Shown: piece after piece, positions 10,771 to 20,718 of the stretch
How the letters are laid out: each line of letters opens with the position of its first letter
How positions within the stretch are numbered: the stretch's first letter is position 1
Assembly (NCBI GenBank): GCA_963700285.1
Contig: CAVOXA010000001.1
Location: 1,344,001 to 1,408,000, forward strand
Reading direction: 5' to 3'
DNA from: an uncultured Chloroflexia bacterium
GTDB taxonomy: Bacteria > Chloroflexota > Anaerolineae > JAAYZQ01
Length of the DNA: 64,000 nucleotides
Made by a program: the position numbers and the translations under genes
The notes under the pieces: generated by a model
The model's input: only the letters and a program-made list of their open reading frames with translations
Databases searched by the model: none
Told to the model about the DNA's origin: nothing

Positions 10771-12084
10771 TCATTGTGCGTGCGCGTGGCTACCCATCCG
10801 CTGCTGTCTGGGCAGAGCTGCTTCTGCTGCAGCTATGCTCTGAAATACGGCCGCCAGGCGTGGCGCGTTTTTCTCGATGCTGAACTCGGCTTCCACCAGG
10901 GCCCGGGCGTTTTGACCCAAGCATTGTCGCAACGTTGGATCAGTGGCCAGTGTAGCAATAGCGTCAGCCAGTTCCACTGCGTCGCCAGGTGCGACAAGCC
11001 AGCCGGTCTGACCATGGCGCACCAGCTCGGGGATGCCCGAGACCGGCGTCGATACTAGCGGTAGGCCCGCTGCGCCCGCCTCCATCAGTACAACTGGAAT
11101 GCCATCCATGTCCCCACTCGGTGCCACCTCCGAGGCCAGCACAAACAGATCGTGCTGATGATAAGCATGGACAACCTCAGGGTGGGGACGAGCCCCGAGG
11201 AGCTGAACTCGTTTCTGCAATCCAGCGTTGTGTATTTGGCTATGCAGCGCAGACTCAGCAGGACCACCGCCTATAATGGAACAGGTGAACTCTACGCCTC
11301 GGCGCTGCAAAAGCTGACATGCGTCAATCAGGTGAGGATGGCCCTTCTTTGCTTTCAGGCTGCCTACAGACAGAATCCTTATCGGTTGGTTGGTTGGGCG
11401 TCCTGTTTCCGCTGCCAGCCTCTGTCGAAAAAGCGGCAGGTTCACGCCACAATGGATCACAGAGATGTCTTTGGCTGCGTGCTCAACTATTGACTCCAGA
11501 TGCCGACGATTGTAGTCCGATATCGTCACAACGTGGCTGGCCTCGTTGACTACGAGGGGCAGCAAGTCATTGGAAATATAAATGTCATGAGCATGCGTGG
11601 TGACTGTAAAGGGCAGTCCCAGGAGGCGCGAGCAGACCCAAGCTGCTGCCCCGGATAGCCACGCAAAGTGAGTGTGCAGCAAGTCCACATCCTCACCCTT
11701 GAGGTGGTATGCTGCTCCCACAGCTCTGAGGAATATCACCAGGCGCTTGGCCATCGACACCCAGGGTCTTGGTCGGTGTGGCTGGCGCAACAGATGCGCC
11801 AACAGTCTCCAATACGCGCCCGGTGAGTTGAATGCATAGTGGAATTGCGCTCTCCACAGCTCGAGGGACAACAGACCTGGTGCATACCAGACATCGGGGA
11901 GCATCTGCTGTGAAAGGGGCTGCGCAGGGCCAGGCCCCGGTCCTAGGAGTGAAATGATGCGCACCTCAAGTCCCAGCTGTCGAATAGCCTGAATCTCCTC
12001 GGCGACAAAGGTCTCGGTGTGAAATGGGAAGTGGAGCAGGAGGTAAGCGATCCTTGGTGGGCGCATAGTCTGATTTCCGGTCAT
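10771..12084 (-). CDS. Glycosyltransferase family 4 (WcaL-like)
   Basis: Motifs ETFVAEEI, HTHFAW, TTHAHDIY, VGSLKAKKGH, GDMDGIPVVLMEAGAAGLPLVSTPVSGIPELV. Confidence 0.9.
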   Translation of the reverse strand: MTGNQTMRPPRIAYLLLHFPFHTETFVAEEIQAIRQLGLEVRIISLLGPGPGPAQPLSQQMLPDVWYAPGLLSLELWRAQFHYAFNSPGAYWRLLAHLLRQPHRPRPWVSMAKRLVIFLRAVGAAYHLKGEDVDLLHTHFAWLSGAAAWVCSRLLGLPFTVTTHAHDIYISNDLLPLVVNEASHVVTISDYNRRHLESIVEHAAKDISVIHCGVNLPLFRQRLAAETGRPTNQPIRILSVGSLKAKKGHPHLIDACQLLQRRGVEFTCSIIGGGPAESALHSQIHNAGLQKRVQLLGARPHPEVVHAYHQHDLFVLASEVAPSGDMDGIPVVLMEAGAAGLPLVSTPVSGIPELVRHGQTGWLVAPGDAVELADAIATLATDPTLRQCLGQNARALVEAEFSIEKNAPRLAAVFQSIAAAEAALPRQQRMGSHAHAQ

Positions 12085-13229
12085 GGCGGAGCCGGCTGGT
12101 GCTCAAGATGCTGAGGGGCCCGCGATGTCCTTCGGGTGTCAGCTCGGGTCCGGTAGAGCAGGTGATATAGGATCATAGTCAGGTAGCGCGGATAGGAGCG
12201 CCTATCACGCAGCAGACCGTAGTTATGTGTGGAAAAGTCAAAAGCGCCGTCAGGTCTCTGGTGGGTGAGCAGGTAACGGAAAGCACGTTCACTCTGGGAC
12301 AAATAATCCCCTAGTCCAAGTTCGTGTGCTTGGCGTAGGGCAGCAGCCAAAGCAGCGGTCCAGTAGTCTTCTTCTGGGACCTCCTTGAAACAATCATAGC
12401 GGGTGCTGCCACGCTCCGTCAAGCCGGTGGCCAAGTAGGCTGCCAGTCTGATCAGTATACGACGAATACCTTCATGTCTGGTGATTCGATAGCAATCCGC
12501 CAGATCCATGAACTGGAAAGCGTTGTACTGGTAGCATTGAAAATGGGGGCAGATGCCATAGGCGTAAACAAGTTCTCCATTCTCCATTTGGCTGTATTCT
12601 ACAAACCGGATCATTTCTTCAAAATGGTCAGGATGGTCAATGTGCTGCAGGGTGCCCGTTGTTTGACAGATCTCTGCCATCAGCCCAAGGAACATGGTGG
12701 TTACATTGGGCACCATCCGTGTCAACCCGGCATAGTAGTTCAAGGCCAGACTATCTTTGAACCGGCGAAAGCCGATGACATTGAAAAGGGCATCATATCC
12801 CTTGAGGGCAGCATCCAGATCACTTGGGTTTCCTGTCTTTCGGTAGGCGGCGACCAGCCCGAGGCACGCCCACACGGTTTCAACAGTTGAGACTAGGCCC
12901 CGCCGCTCTCGGATGGGCGGGTGCTCCCACGCTCCGTTGGCAAGTTGCTTCTGAACAATAAAATCCGTGCTCCGGCCAACCATGTCAAGACATTCAGAAC
13001 TACCTGTCAACTCGTGCAGTATCAGGTTTGCCCGTATCCAGTAGCTCTGACCCTGAACATAGGCATATTCGTCTTTCCAGGGAAGCCACCTGGTATAGCT
13101 CTTCACGAAACGTGTGATCCGCCAGTTTATCCTGCCAATGGGATCAGGTCCCACATTTGCCCAGCCATCCCAGTGCGTATTCACTATGTATTGATGCAGT
13201 CTGACCGCTGCTTCCAGATATGGTTCCAC
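12081..13229 (-). CDS. (alpha/alpha)-toroid protein with prenyltransferase/squalene-cyclase-like QxxxGxW repeats
   Basis: Repeats FIVQKQLANGAW, VEYSQMENGEL, YLLTHQRPDGAF. Located inside the polysaccharide operon. Confidence 0.55.
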   Translation of the reverse strand: MEPYLEAAVRLHQYIVNTHWDGWANVGPDPIGRINWRITRFVKSYTRWLPWKDEYAYVQGQSYWIRANLILHELTGSSECLDMVGRSTDFIVQKQLANGAWEHPPIRERRGLVSTVETVWACLGLVAAYRKTGNPSDLDAALKGYDALFNVIGFRRFKDSLALNYYAGLTRMVPNVTTMFLGLMAEICQTTGTLQHIDHPDHFEEMIRFVEYSQMENGELVYAYGICPHFQCYQYNAFQFMDLADCYRITRHEGIRRILIRLAAYLATGLTERGSTRYDCFKEVPEEDYWTAALAAALRQAHELGLGDYLSQSERAFRYLLTHQRPDGAFDFSTHNYGLLRDRRSYPRYLTMILYHLLYRTRADTRRTSRAPQHLEHQPAPP

Positions 13230-13299
13230 GGCGATTCCACCCCGTTAAGAGGTTCTTTGAACAGCCGCTGCCCAACGCATGCGCCGGGCCAACAATTGT

Positions 13300-14394
13300 C
13301 TATGCACTCTGTGCTGAGGTCATGGCTTTTTCGTAGACACGCATTGTTTGTTCGGCAATGCATGTCCACGACAGGTCCCTTCTTGCCTTCTCTTGTGCTT
13401 TCTGCCCCATCTCTAGTCTGGTCCTTCGATCTGTGAGCAGAGCTATGACAGCTTTGGCGAGGCTGGCGGGATCGTTGGGCGGTACTAGATAGCCGGTCTG
13501 CCCATGATCAACAACATCTGGAATGCCCCCTACGTTTGTGGCCACCACCGGCTTGCCAAAGGCATAGGCGATCGGGATCACGCCGCTTTGGGACGCTTCG
13601 AGGTAGGGCAGGACAACAATGCTGGCTGACTGAAAGAGTTCGGCCACCATCTCGTTTGGAATGTAATGGTTGTGCAACTCAAAGTGGCCGGGATTGACCA
13701 TGGTCTGTTGGTATTGATCCAGTGAGTCTCCCCGCCCGGCAATGACAATGCGCGCATCAGGCACTTCCCTGGTGATCAACGGTTCTGCTTCAATGAGGTC
13801 CTCCAAGCCTTTGTACGCCAAGATTCGCCCAAAAAAGAGCACCGTGTTGGGGTGTTCAGATAGGTCCTTTCGGGTCCATGTCTCATAAAAGTCGTAGGCA
13901 CCGATGGGGACCACATGGACCCGATCTCGTTGACAACCATGCTGGCTGAGCAATTTTCGCCTGTCCGCGTCGGAGTGCACAATGATCTGCTTGGCCCAGT
14001 GCCACTGAAGGGGGTAGAGGAATCCGGGATTGCGCCCCCACCCACCGTCCCCTGGGTGCGGGCTGACATCGTGTACCGTTGCAACCAAGGGAAATGGTGC
14101 GGATCGTCCCAAGCCTGGGGTGCCCCACCAGTGCCGAAAGGTGATGTGAAGGAGGTCCGGATCCAGAATTCTGAGTTGGCGACGTAGGTCACGTACCATC
14201 GCCAGGTTGGCTGGCTCCCGATACCGGGGCATGTGAAAAAAGCAAAGATCGACCGTCGTCCGATCTAGCCCGTCTGCCAAACCGGACGCTGCCTCTGGCA
14301 GCAGCAGGGTGATCTTGCACAATTTGCCCAGTGCATTCGCCAGTTGAACTGGATATGGTGTTGTATTCCTGAATTCAATCAGCACAGCGTGCAT
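13300..14394 (-). CDS. Glycosyltransferase family 4
   Basis: Motifs TVHDVSPHPGD, LFFGRILAYKGLEDL, LPYLEASQSGVIPIAYAFGKPVVATNVGGIPD. Confidence 0.9.
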   Translation of the reverse strand: MHAVLIEFRNTTPYPVQLANALGKLCKITLLLPEAASGLADGLDRTTVDLCFFHMPRYREPANLAMVRDLRRQLRILDPDLLHITFRHWWGTPGLGRSAPFPLVATVHDVSPHPGDGGWGRNPGFLYPLQWHWAKQIIVHSDADRRKLLSQHGCQRDRVHVVPIGAYDFYETWTRKDLSEHPNTVLFFGRILAYKGLEDLIEAEPLITREVPDARIVIAGRGDSLDQYQQTMVNPGHFELHNHYIPNEMVAELFQSASIVVLPYLEASQSGVIPIAYAFGKPVVATNVGGIPDVVDHGQTGYLVPPNDPASLAKAVIALLTDRRTRLEMGQKAQEKARRDLSWTCIAEQTMRVYEKAMTSAQSA

Positions 14395-14438
14395 ACTTAC
14401 TCGCTTCTTTGCAGCCTGGTTTCCACGTACCGGAGACG

Positions 14439-15272
14439 CTACAAAGAATCGGTCTCCTGTGCCTGGTCGAGTGTCGCTACTCTCTTGCTGATCCGCCTTC
14501 TTTGTTCCGCGTCAAAGATCTGTTCGTACTTGACTGATCTTGTGTCTCTGATCGCCCCGTCAGGGTTGCTCTTCCATCTCTCATCGCTGCGGACGATCTT
14601 TTCGTGTATCGCCGCTAGATCGAGGCAAAGATCCTCGTCTTTCAGGTCAAGCCGTGCGAGTAGTTCATGATAGACTCTATCGACATCATCCAGAACATGC
14701 TCGTAGCGTACGAACACATGACCTGCATTGCCAAAGTACTTGGCAGATTCCCTCAGGCAGCGGTTATACTCTGCGATCGCGGTCTCCAGGTCTCCGTACC
14801 TTTTCCATGCCGCCGCTTGCGGGTATTTCTGGGCAGCGTCCACGAGGGAAGCAACGACATCAGGTCCATCCCTCAGAACGTGTACGAACCTGGCCGATGA
14901 GATGTGACGCCTGATCAGGCGGATGTAGAATAGATGCGCCGGGGTCTTTTCCAACCATGCTGACCTACCCCTGGCTGTTGCTTCTGAAGACATCAACCCC
15001 TCAAAAAAGTGCGCGGCAGAGCCAAAGGACCTCACTTGATCTGGATGGTGCTTGAGCAGGAGTCCATTCTGCGACTGAATAAGGGCGTAGGCCCAGGCGA
15101 CCTGCGCGCGATCCAGGAAGAGATAGTCGAGTACCTTGCTTTTCCCGGCCCGGCGTATTCTCTGAAAGAAATGTGTCTCCCGGCAGGTATAGATCTCGCT
15201 ATGACTGCCGAGCAGCGTCTGGACCAGGGTGGTGCCAGACCTTGGACAGCCTACAATGAATATCCTGTTCAT
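14439..15272 (-). CDS. PAPS-dependent sulfotransferase
   Basis: 5'-PSB loop IFIVGCPRSGTTLV, ETHFF, WLEKTPAH, 3'-PB motif HVLRDGPDVVASL, VRYEHVL. Confidence 0.9.
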   Translation of the reverse strand: MNRIFIVGCPRSGTTLVQTLLGSHSEIYTCRETHFFQRIRRAGKSKVLDYLFLDRAQVAWAYALIQSQNGLLLKHHPDQVRSFGSAAHFFEGLMSSEATARGRSAWLEKTPAHLFYIRLIRRHISSARFVHVLRDGPDVVASLVDAAQKYPQAAAWKRYGDLETAIAEYNRCLRESAKYFGNAGHVFVRYEHVLDDVDRVYHELLARLDLKDEDLCLDLAAIHEKIVRSDERWKSNPDGAIRDTRSVKYEQIFDAEQRRRISKRVATLDQAQETDSL

Positions 15273-15320
15273 CCACAGCCTCTCATCTCACTCATCGGGG
15301 CTGGCTCAAGTTGATCTCAG

Positions 15321-16850
15321 CTAGTCTGCGCCGAGCAGGGGATCATCCGGCCCGCCTGTCCTCTTGGCGATCTGAATGGTGGCGGAAATCAGTGCAAAGA
15401 GGAGCCACATCAGTTGCACCCGCCTTCCCGTAAAGCTGCCGGAGAGCATGTGGATGATGGGGACTGCCAGGGCACCTGCAAGACCTGCAAAGACCACAGA
15501 AGCGTAGCGGTCCAAGACACGGATGGAGGCAAAGAGGGCGGCTCCTTCAGCAGCCAGCAGCAGCCAGACAAAGGCCAGGAATCCGAACAGCCCGGTTTCA
15601 ACCCACATTGCCAGGTAGCTGTTGTGGATCCCGGATATCTCCAGCTCTTTTCCCCACAACTCAAGCGGCGTATACTCGCCGCTGTCTATGGCGAATTGTT
15701 GATTGTTCACCCCCACACCGCCAAACATGTAGTCCTGGATGATATTGAGAGCCATCTGGCTGTGCCAGATCCGGCTCTCGCCGGAACTGCGGTCCTCAAC
15801 GGAGAAGCGCCCGGCTATGAGCGTTGCAGTACCTATGCCGATGAGCGCCAACGCAGCAAGCACTTGGAACAGGCTCCTAGTGCTGACTTGCCTGGCGATA
15901 GCCCGAGCGGTCACGATGAGAAAGCCAACGGCAAAAGCGATCCAGGCACTTCGGGACTGGGTTGTCACCAGGGCCAAGATGGCCGTTGACAATGCTATCA
16001 GGGCCAGTTGCTTGTTTATCAAGCGGCCGCCGGTCAGGTAGGCGGAATAGATCAATAGGGCGCTCAACGCCAGATAGGTTGCGGCAAGGTTTGGTCCAGC
16101 AAAGGTGCCGCCCGGTCGCCGTGGTGCGCCTGCGACATTGCTGCCGACGGAGTAGGTGCTGACCCCAAAAGCAGAGAACTCGAGGCCAAATGCGAACTGC
16201 AATAGAATGATCAGGCTGACGAGCACGACGCAGATCGCCAGCGTCGTGGTCACAAGCCGCACATCGCCCCAGGATCTGACGTGCATGGCTACGTAGAGAA
16301 ACATGAGCAAGAACTGGAGCTGTAGGATAATCTGGGCAATGCTGAACCAGAGCTCGGTGGCCTGCCAGGCCGACACGATAGTGGCAAGCGTAAAGGCCAG
16401 GGCCGGTACGGCTATTCCTGGCTCGACGCGCATTCTTTTACCGTCTGCCCCGGACCTGTTCACAAACCAGTGCGCATACCCAAGCACCAGTGCAAAGCTC
16501 ATGAGCGAGATCAAGATGCCGCCTGGGCCGCCCCGGTGCTCTGGCCTGTTGGCGAGCGAGATGTCGAGACCAAGTGGAATGTCGATGACAAAGAGCACCA
16601 GGACGAGTTTTCGGATGTCCTTGGCCAGGATGGCGACCGTAGGCGCTATCGTGGCCAGGAGGAGCAGCCCGGCCCAGGTGGGCGGCAGCTGCCTGGACAG
16701 GACCACGACCAGCCCCACAACCAGCCCCAGGAGCACGGGACTGGCGATCCCGATGGCCTGCCAGGTGCCTCTGGATCGGGCCAGGGCGCGAACTTGCTGG
16801 CTCCAGCGAGGAGCACCCTGGGTCGGGGTGTGAAATTGCACTAGGCCCAT
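15321..16850 (-). CDS. O-antigen ligase/Wzy polymerase family membrane protein
   Basis: About 12 TM segments. Motifs RRPGGTFAGPN, TQSRSAWI, GGVGVNN, HNSYLAMWVETGLFG. Confidence 0.85.
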   Translation of the reverse strand: MGLVQFHTPTQGAPRWSQQVRALARSRGTWQAIGIASPVLLGLVVGLVVVLSRQLPPTWAGLLLLATIAPTVAILAKDIRKLVLVLFVIDIPLGLDISLANRPEHRGGPGGILISLMSFALVLGYAHWFVNRSGADGKRMRVEPGIAVPALAFTLATIVSAWQATELWFSIAQIILQLQFLLMFLYVAMHVRSWGDVRLVTTTLAICVVLVSLIILLQFAFGLEFSAFGVSTYSVGSNVAGAPRRPGGTFAGPNLAATYLALSALLIYSAYLTGGRLINKQLALIALSTAILALVTTQSRSAWIAFAVGFLIVTARAIARQVSTRSLFQVLAALALIGIGTATLIAGRFSVEDRSSGESRIWHSQMALNIIQDYMFGGVGVNNQQFAIDSGEYTPLELWGKELEISGIHNSYLAMWVETGLFGFLAFVWLLLAAEGAALFASIRVLDRYASVVFAGLAGALAVPIIHMLSGSFTGRRVQLMWLLFALISATIQIAKRTGGPDDPLLGAD

Positions 16851-18391
16851 ACCCTCCTGAAGCGGTCTCTAGTTCGGGACAACACGAAGCGGTCCTCCGC
16901 TGTGAGACCCAGCAGCATGGTAGCGACGGCGTATGCCAGCCAGAGGACAGCAACGTCGACGAGCAGGTACAACAGGTGGCCTTCCGGCGGAAGCAGCCTT
17001 CTCAGAAGCAGGCCCGCGCCCATTGCCACGAGGCCTGCAACCAGGGGTTTGACGAAGGCCAGGTCCCAGGGCCAAACCTCAACCAGCCAGTGTACCTGTA
17101 GCAGCCGAAGAGCATTCACGATGACGCTGCCCAGCGTGGTAGCCAGCGCTGCTCCCACCAGGTCATAACGTGGGATGAGGATAGCGCTGAGGGTCATCGA
17201 CAATGCGACCGTTGCGAGTGTGTTGCCAAGGGACAGCTTGGAGTGTCCGGTCATGACAATCAAAGCGCTGCACAATCCGGTGACTGCCGCTACCATTGTA
17301 CCTATGCTGACGATGATCAACACGGGCGCTCCGGCCTCATAGTCCTCGCCAAGGATCGCCAGAATTGGTCTGGCAAAGAGCACGACCGTAACGAAATAGG
17401 GCAGCAGGAATGAGGTCGACCAGCGGGTCAATGTCTGGTACAGTTGTCTGAGCTGTGCCATCTCTCCCCGGTGATACAAGTCGGAGATAATCGGTTTGGC
17501 TACCAGATCGCTTGCAGTCAGAAGCATACCGCCAACAGCCTGGACGCTTACCGCGGCACTGTACACGCCCACAGATGTCAGCGTGCCGAATACTCCTAGC
17601 AACACCAGGCCGAAGGAAGTCCTGAGGTTCACAATGACTTGGGTCAGGCAGACGGGGGCTGAGAAGGAGAGCAGCTCGCGGACATTGCGTTGGGCTGGAT
17701 TCAAGGGCCGTCTCAAGGGAAAGAGGCGATTGAGGAAGAAAACCATTACTACCGTCTCAAGGAACCAGGCAAGGACGAAAGCTGCCAATGCCCCCTGCAC
17801 GCCTAGACCGAGCGCCAAGAACAATACAGTCAGAACTAGCCTGCTGACGTTGAACAGGATGCTGTCAACGTACAACTCGTACTGCATTTGTTTGAAAGCT
17901 CGACAGGCCGCCAGCAGAATGCGCCCCAAAGCCAGGAGGGGAATGGCAAGGCTGGTCAGACGCAGAATAGGCGTTGCTTCCGGCTGCTTGAAGAGATAAA
18001 CGGCCAGCAGGCCAGATAGGCCGAGAAAGATCGCTGCCAACAACGTACTGATCACGAACGGCAGGGTGAGCCCTACCTGCAGTGCACCCCATACCCGCAA
18101 CTCGTCGTGATCTCGAAGGGCAGGGGGCAGGAATCGTATCAGGCCCTCTGACAAGCCAAGCCTGGCAACCGCGCCCAGAAGAATGGCTGCTGTTACCCCC
18201 AGGGTGTAGAGCCCTAGGCCTTCTGCACCGAGGGCGCGGGCAACGATGATACCAAAGACAAAGCGGCTGCCATACTCGAACATGCGGCCGAAGAAAATGA
18301 GCCCGCCACCCTTGGCGGCCAACAGAATACTCTCGTGGGAGGATACATCATCCGGCCTACCTGTGGTCACGGTCATGCGGCTCTCATCCAT
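16841..18391 (-). CDS. wzx: Polysaccharide flippase (Wzx/MOP family)
   Basis: About 14 TM segments. Motifs ARALGAEGLGLYTL, VGVYSAA, LIPRYDLVGAALAT. Confidence 0.85.
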   Translation of the reverse strand: MDESRMTVTTGRPDDVSSHESILLAAKGGGLIFFGRMFEYGSRFVFGIIVARALGAEGLGLYTLGVTAAILLGAVARLGLSEGLIRFLPPALRDHDELRVWGALQVGLTLPFVISTLLAAIFLGLSGLLAVYLFKQPEATPILRLTSLAIPLLALGRILLAACRAFKQMQYELYVDSILFNVSRLVLTVLFLALGLGVQGALAAFVLAWFLETVVMVFFLNRLFPLRRPLNPAQRNVRELLSFSAPVCLTQVIVNLRTSFGLVLLGVFGTLTSVGVYSAAVSVQAVGGMLLTASDLVAKPIISDLYHRGEMAQLRQLYQTLTRWSTSFLLPYFVTVVLFARPILAILGEDYEAGAPVLIIVSIGTMVAAVTGLCSALIVMTGHSKLSLGNTLATVALSMTLSAILIPRYDLVGAALATTLGSVIVNALRLLQVHWLVEVWPWDLAFVKPLVAGLVAMGAGLLLRRLLPPEGHLLYLLVDVAVLWLAYAVATMLLGLTAEDRFVLSRTRDRFRRVWA

Positions 18392-18415
18392 TGGGTGCCG
18401 GACTCGCGCAGGCTG

Positions 18416-19942
18416 TCAACTGGATCGCCTGCGTCTTCCCGTCTTCTGCACCAGGACTAGGCCCGCCATTGGCGCCCGGACCGGACGTAGGCGCTGCAAC
18501 GCACCACGCAACTCTTCCTCGGTCGACACTGATAGGTCAAGCTGCAGGACGACACCGTCGACGGCGTGGGCCAAAGAAACCGCATCGGGTTCTGCTAGGA
18601 CAGGTGCCACGTTTGTAAACACCACGTCCTCCTGCCTAGAAGCTTCGTTGAGCATCGCTTCCATACCAGGTGAACTAAGCAGTACAGACGGATTCGCCGG
18701 CACCGGGCCTGAGGTTATCACTGAGACCCCTGGTGTTGAGGTGTTTTGCACTGCTTCGTGCAGCGATGCCTGCCCAGTCAGGATGTTGCAGAGACCCACC
18801 AGGTTGCGCAGACCAAAGTGTTGGTGCATGCTGGGCAGCCGCAGATTGGCATCTACGAGGAGAACTCTCTTCCCAGCCTGGGCCAGCATTGGGGCGAGGC
18901 TGGAAAGAACCTCGGTTCCACCCTCACGCGGGGTGACACAGGTAAACATGATGGACTGGTCTGGAACGTCCTTCAACGCCGCCAGCAGACTCGCGCCCAG
19001 GAGCCGGTACGGCTCCTCAAGCCGCTGGCTGGCACGGTGCTGGACAGCATCACCCCTCTCCACTGCTGGTAGAAGGCCTCTTGGCACCGTGCCCAAAACG
19101 GGCAGTTGTGCAAGCCGCTCCGCCTGCTCAGGCGTTCGGATTCGTGTGTCCAGGCTTTCCAGCAACAGCGCAAGGCCGATCCCTCCACACAGGCCGATGA
19201 CCAGCGCAAGGACAATCTCCTGCCGTCCCAGTTTGTTGGACGGTTCCGAGGGGAGCGTTGCCGGGGAGATAATCTTGACACTGTTCGCACGCAGGGCTTC
19301 GTACGATTGCACCAATTCCGCCCGGTCCAGCCCCCGGCTATACACGTTTTCTTTTTCCCTAATTTGCCGCAAAAGGCCACTTGACACAGCGGACTCTCCG
19401 TCCTGGGCCTCTGCGGTTGCAAGCAGTGCATAGTCTTCTCGAAGTTCGTTTTCAAGACTGGCCGACTGCTCCTCAAGGATCTGATCCGCGCTTGACTCGT
19501 AGCCGACATTGGCGGTTTGGGCGTATGCGATCAGCAGTGTTGCCAGTTCATTTGCCAGATCCCGGGCTCGAGAGGGGCTGGTGTCCTGCACATAGATGGT
19601 CATCAGCTCCGAGTCCGGGATCATCTCTATCGATACCCTGTCGGCGAGATCTGCAGCAGTGAGCGAGGGGTCTCCTCCCGAAGCGCGGTGGATGGCTTCC
19701 TCCAACACCGGTTCGCTCTTCAGGGCCTCAGCGTAGGTCGTGACTATGCGATCGGCGACGAACTCGCGGGGGCTGAGGTCGTAGACGCCCACGTCCCAGA
19801 GCACGCGCACGATGGCCTGAGATCTGTAGACCGGGGGGATCAAGATCCCGGCCACTGTCACTACGACCATGGCCAGGGCTGCAACAGCAAAGACTGCCGG
19901 CAGGCGCCGATAAATCGTCTCCAGAAAACGACGGATCTCCAT
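18416..19942 (-). CDS. Polysaccharide co-polymerase with a BY-kinase-like domain (Wzc/CapA-CapB fusion), catalytic motifs degenerate
   Basis: Wzz-like N-terminus with two TM segments and a CpsD-like C-terminus. Walker A reads TPREGGT, A' reads LVDANLR, Walker B reads VFTNVAP. There is no Tyr cluster. Confidence 0.8.
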   Translation of the reverse strand: MEIRRFLETIYRRLPAVFAVAALAMVVVTVAGILIPPVYRSQAIVRVLWDVGVYDLSPREFVADRIVTTYAEALKSEPVLEEAIHRASGGDPSLTAADLADRVSIEMIPDSELMTIYVQDTSPSRARDLANELATLLIAYAQTANVGYESSADQILEEQSASLENELREDYALLATAEAQDGESAVSSGLLRQIREKENVYSRGLDRAELVQSYEALRANSVKIISPATLPSEPSNKLGRQEIVLALVIGLCGGIGLALLLESLDTRIRTPEQAERLAQLPVLGTVPRGLLPAVERGDAVQHRASQRLEEPYRLLGASLLAALKDVPDQSIMFTCVTPREGGTEVLSSLAPMLAQAGKRVLLVDANLRLPSMHQHFGLRNLVGLCNILTGQASLHEAVQNTSTPGVSVITSGPVPANPSVLLSSPGMEAMLNEASRQEDVVFTNVAPVLAEPDAVSLAHAVDGVVLQLDLSVSTEEELRGALQRLRPVRAPMAGLVLVQKTGRRRRSS

Positions 19943-20001
19943 CTATCCTATATCTCCCAGCGCGGCGCGCAGCCCTACACGGGACAAGTTGGAAACGGGC
20001 A

Positions 20002-20718
20002 TTACTTGGCCCCAAACCCGCCTAGCACGACCAAAGGTGTCAATAACAGCACCTTGATATCCAGCCAGAGGCTCTGGTGCTCGATATACTGGATGTCATA
20101 TTGTACTATATCGTCGAAAGTCAGGCAACTTCGCCCATGCACCTGGGCCAGGCCGGTCACGCCTGGCAGCACTTCCAACCGCCGGCGATGCCGGGGCAGA
20201 TACGCTCTGACCTCCCATGGTAAATTGGGTCGCGGCCCGACCAAGCTCATCTCACCCTTCAGGATGTTTATGAGTTGTGGCAGCTCGTCCAGGCTGGACT
20301 TTCGCAGAAAGTGCCCCACCCGGGTGACCTCAGACTCGTCAAAAGGCTTGTGGATTTCCTTACCGGTCCCGCTTGCATTGGCCGAACCGTTCACAAAGGA
20401 ACGCAAGTACGCTCTGTGCGCAGTATCATCCAGCTTCCAGTGCAGGGTACGAAACTTGTACATGCGGAATCGGCGGCCATCCTTCCCCACGCGCACCCGG
20501 CGGTATATCGCAGGTCCTGGAGAATCCAAGCGTACTAGCATGACGATAAGGACCCACAATGGCCAGATGAATGCGAGCACCAAGAGCGAGAGGCCGATGT
20601 CCATCCCACGTTTTGTTATCCGATATGCTCGTCGAGCAGGTACCATCGCCGTTCCGGTCGCGGTTGCGAGTTCCATGGCTTCTCTCTTTGAAGGTGGATG
20701 GTAATCATTGGTGGTCAT
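20002..20718 (-). CDS. Priming sugar-1-phosphate transferase (WcaJ/WbaP C-terminal type)
   Basis: Motifs KRGMDI, RVGKDGRRFRMYKFRT, VGHFLRKSSLDELPQLINILKGEMSLVGPRP, PGVTGLAQVHGR. Confidence 0.92.
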   Translation of the reverse strand: MTTNDYHPPSKREAMELATATGTAMVPARRAYRITKRGMDIGLSLLVLAFIWPLWVLIVMLVRLDSPGPAIYRRVRVGKDGRRFRMYKFRTLHWKLDDTAHRAYLRSFVNGSANASGTGKEIHKPFDESEVTRVGHFLRKSSLDELPQLINILKGEMSLVGPRPNLPWEVRAYLPRHRRRLEVLPGVTGLAQVHGRSCLTFDDIVQYDIQYIEHQSLWLDIKVLLLTPLVVLGGFGAK

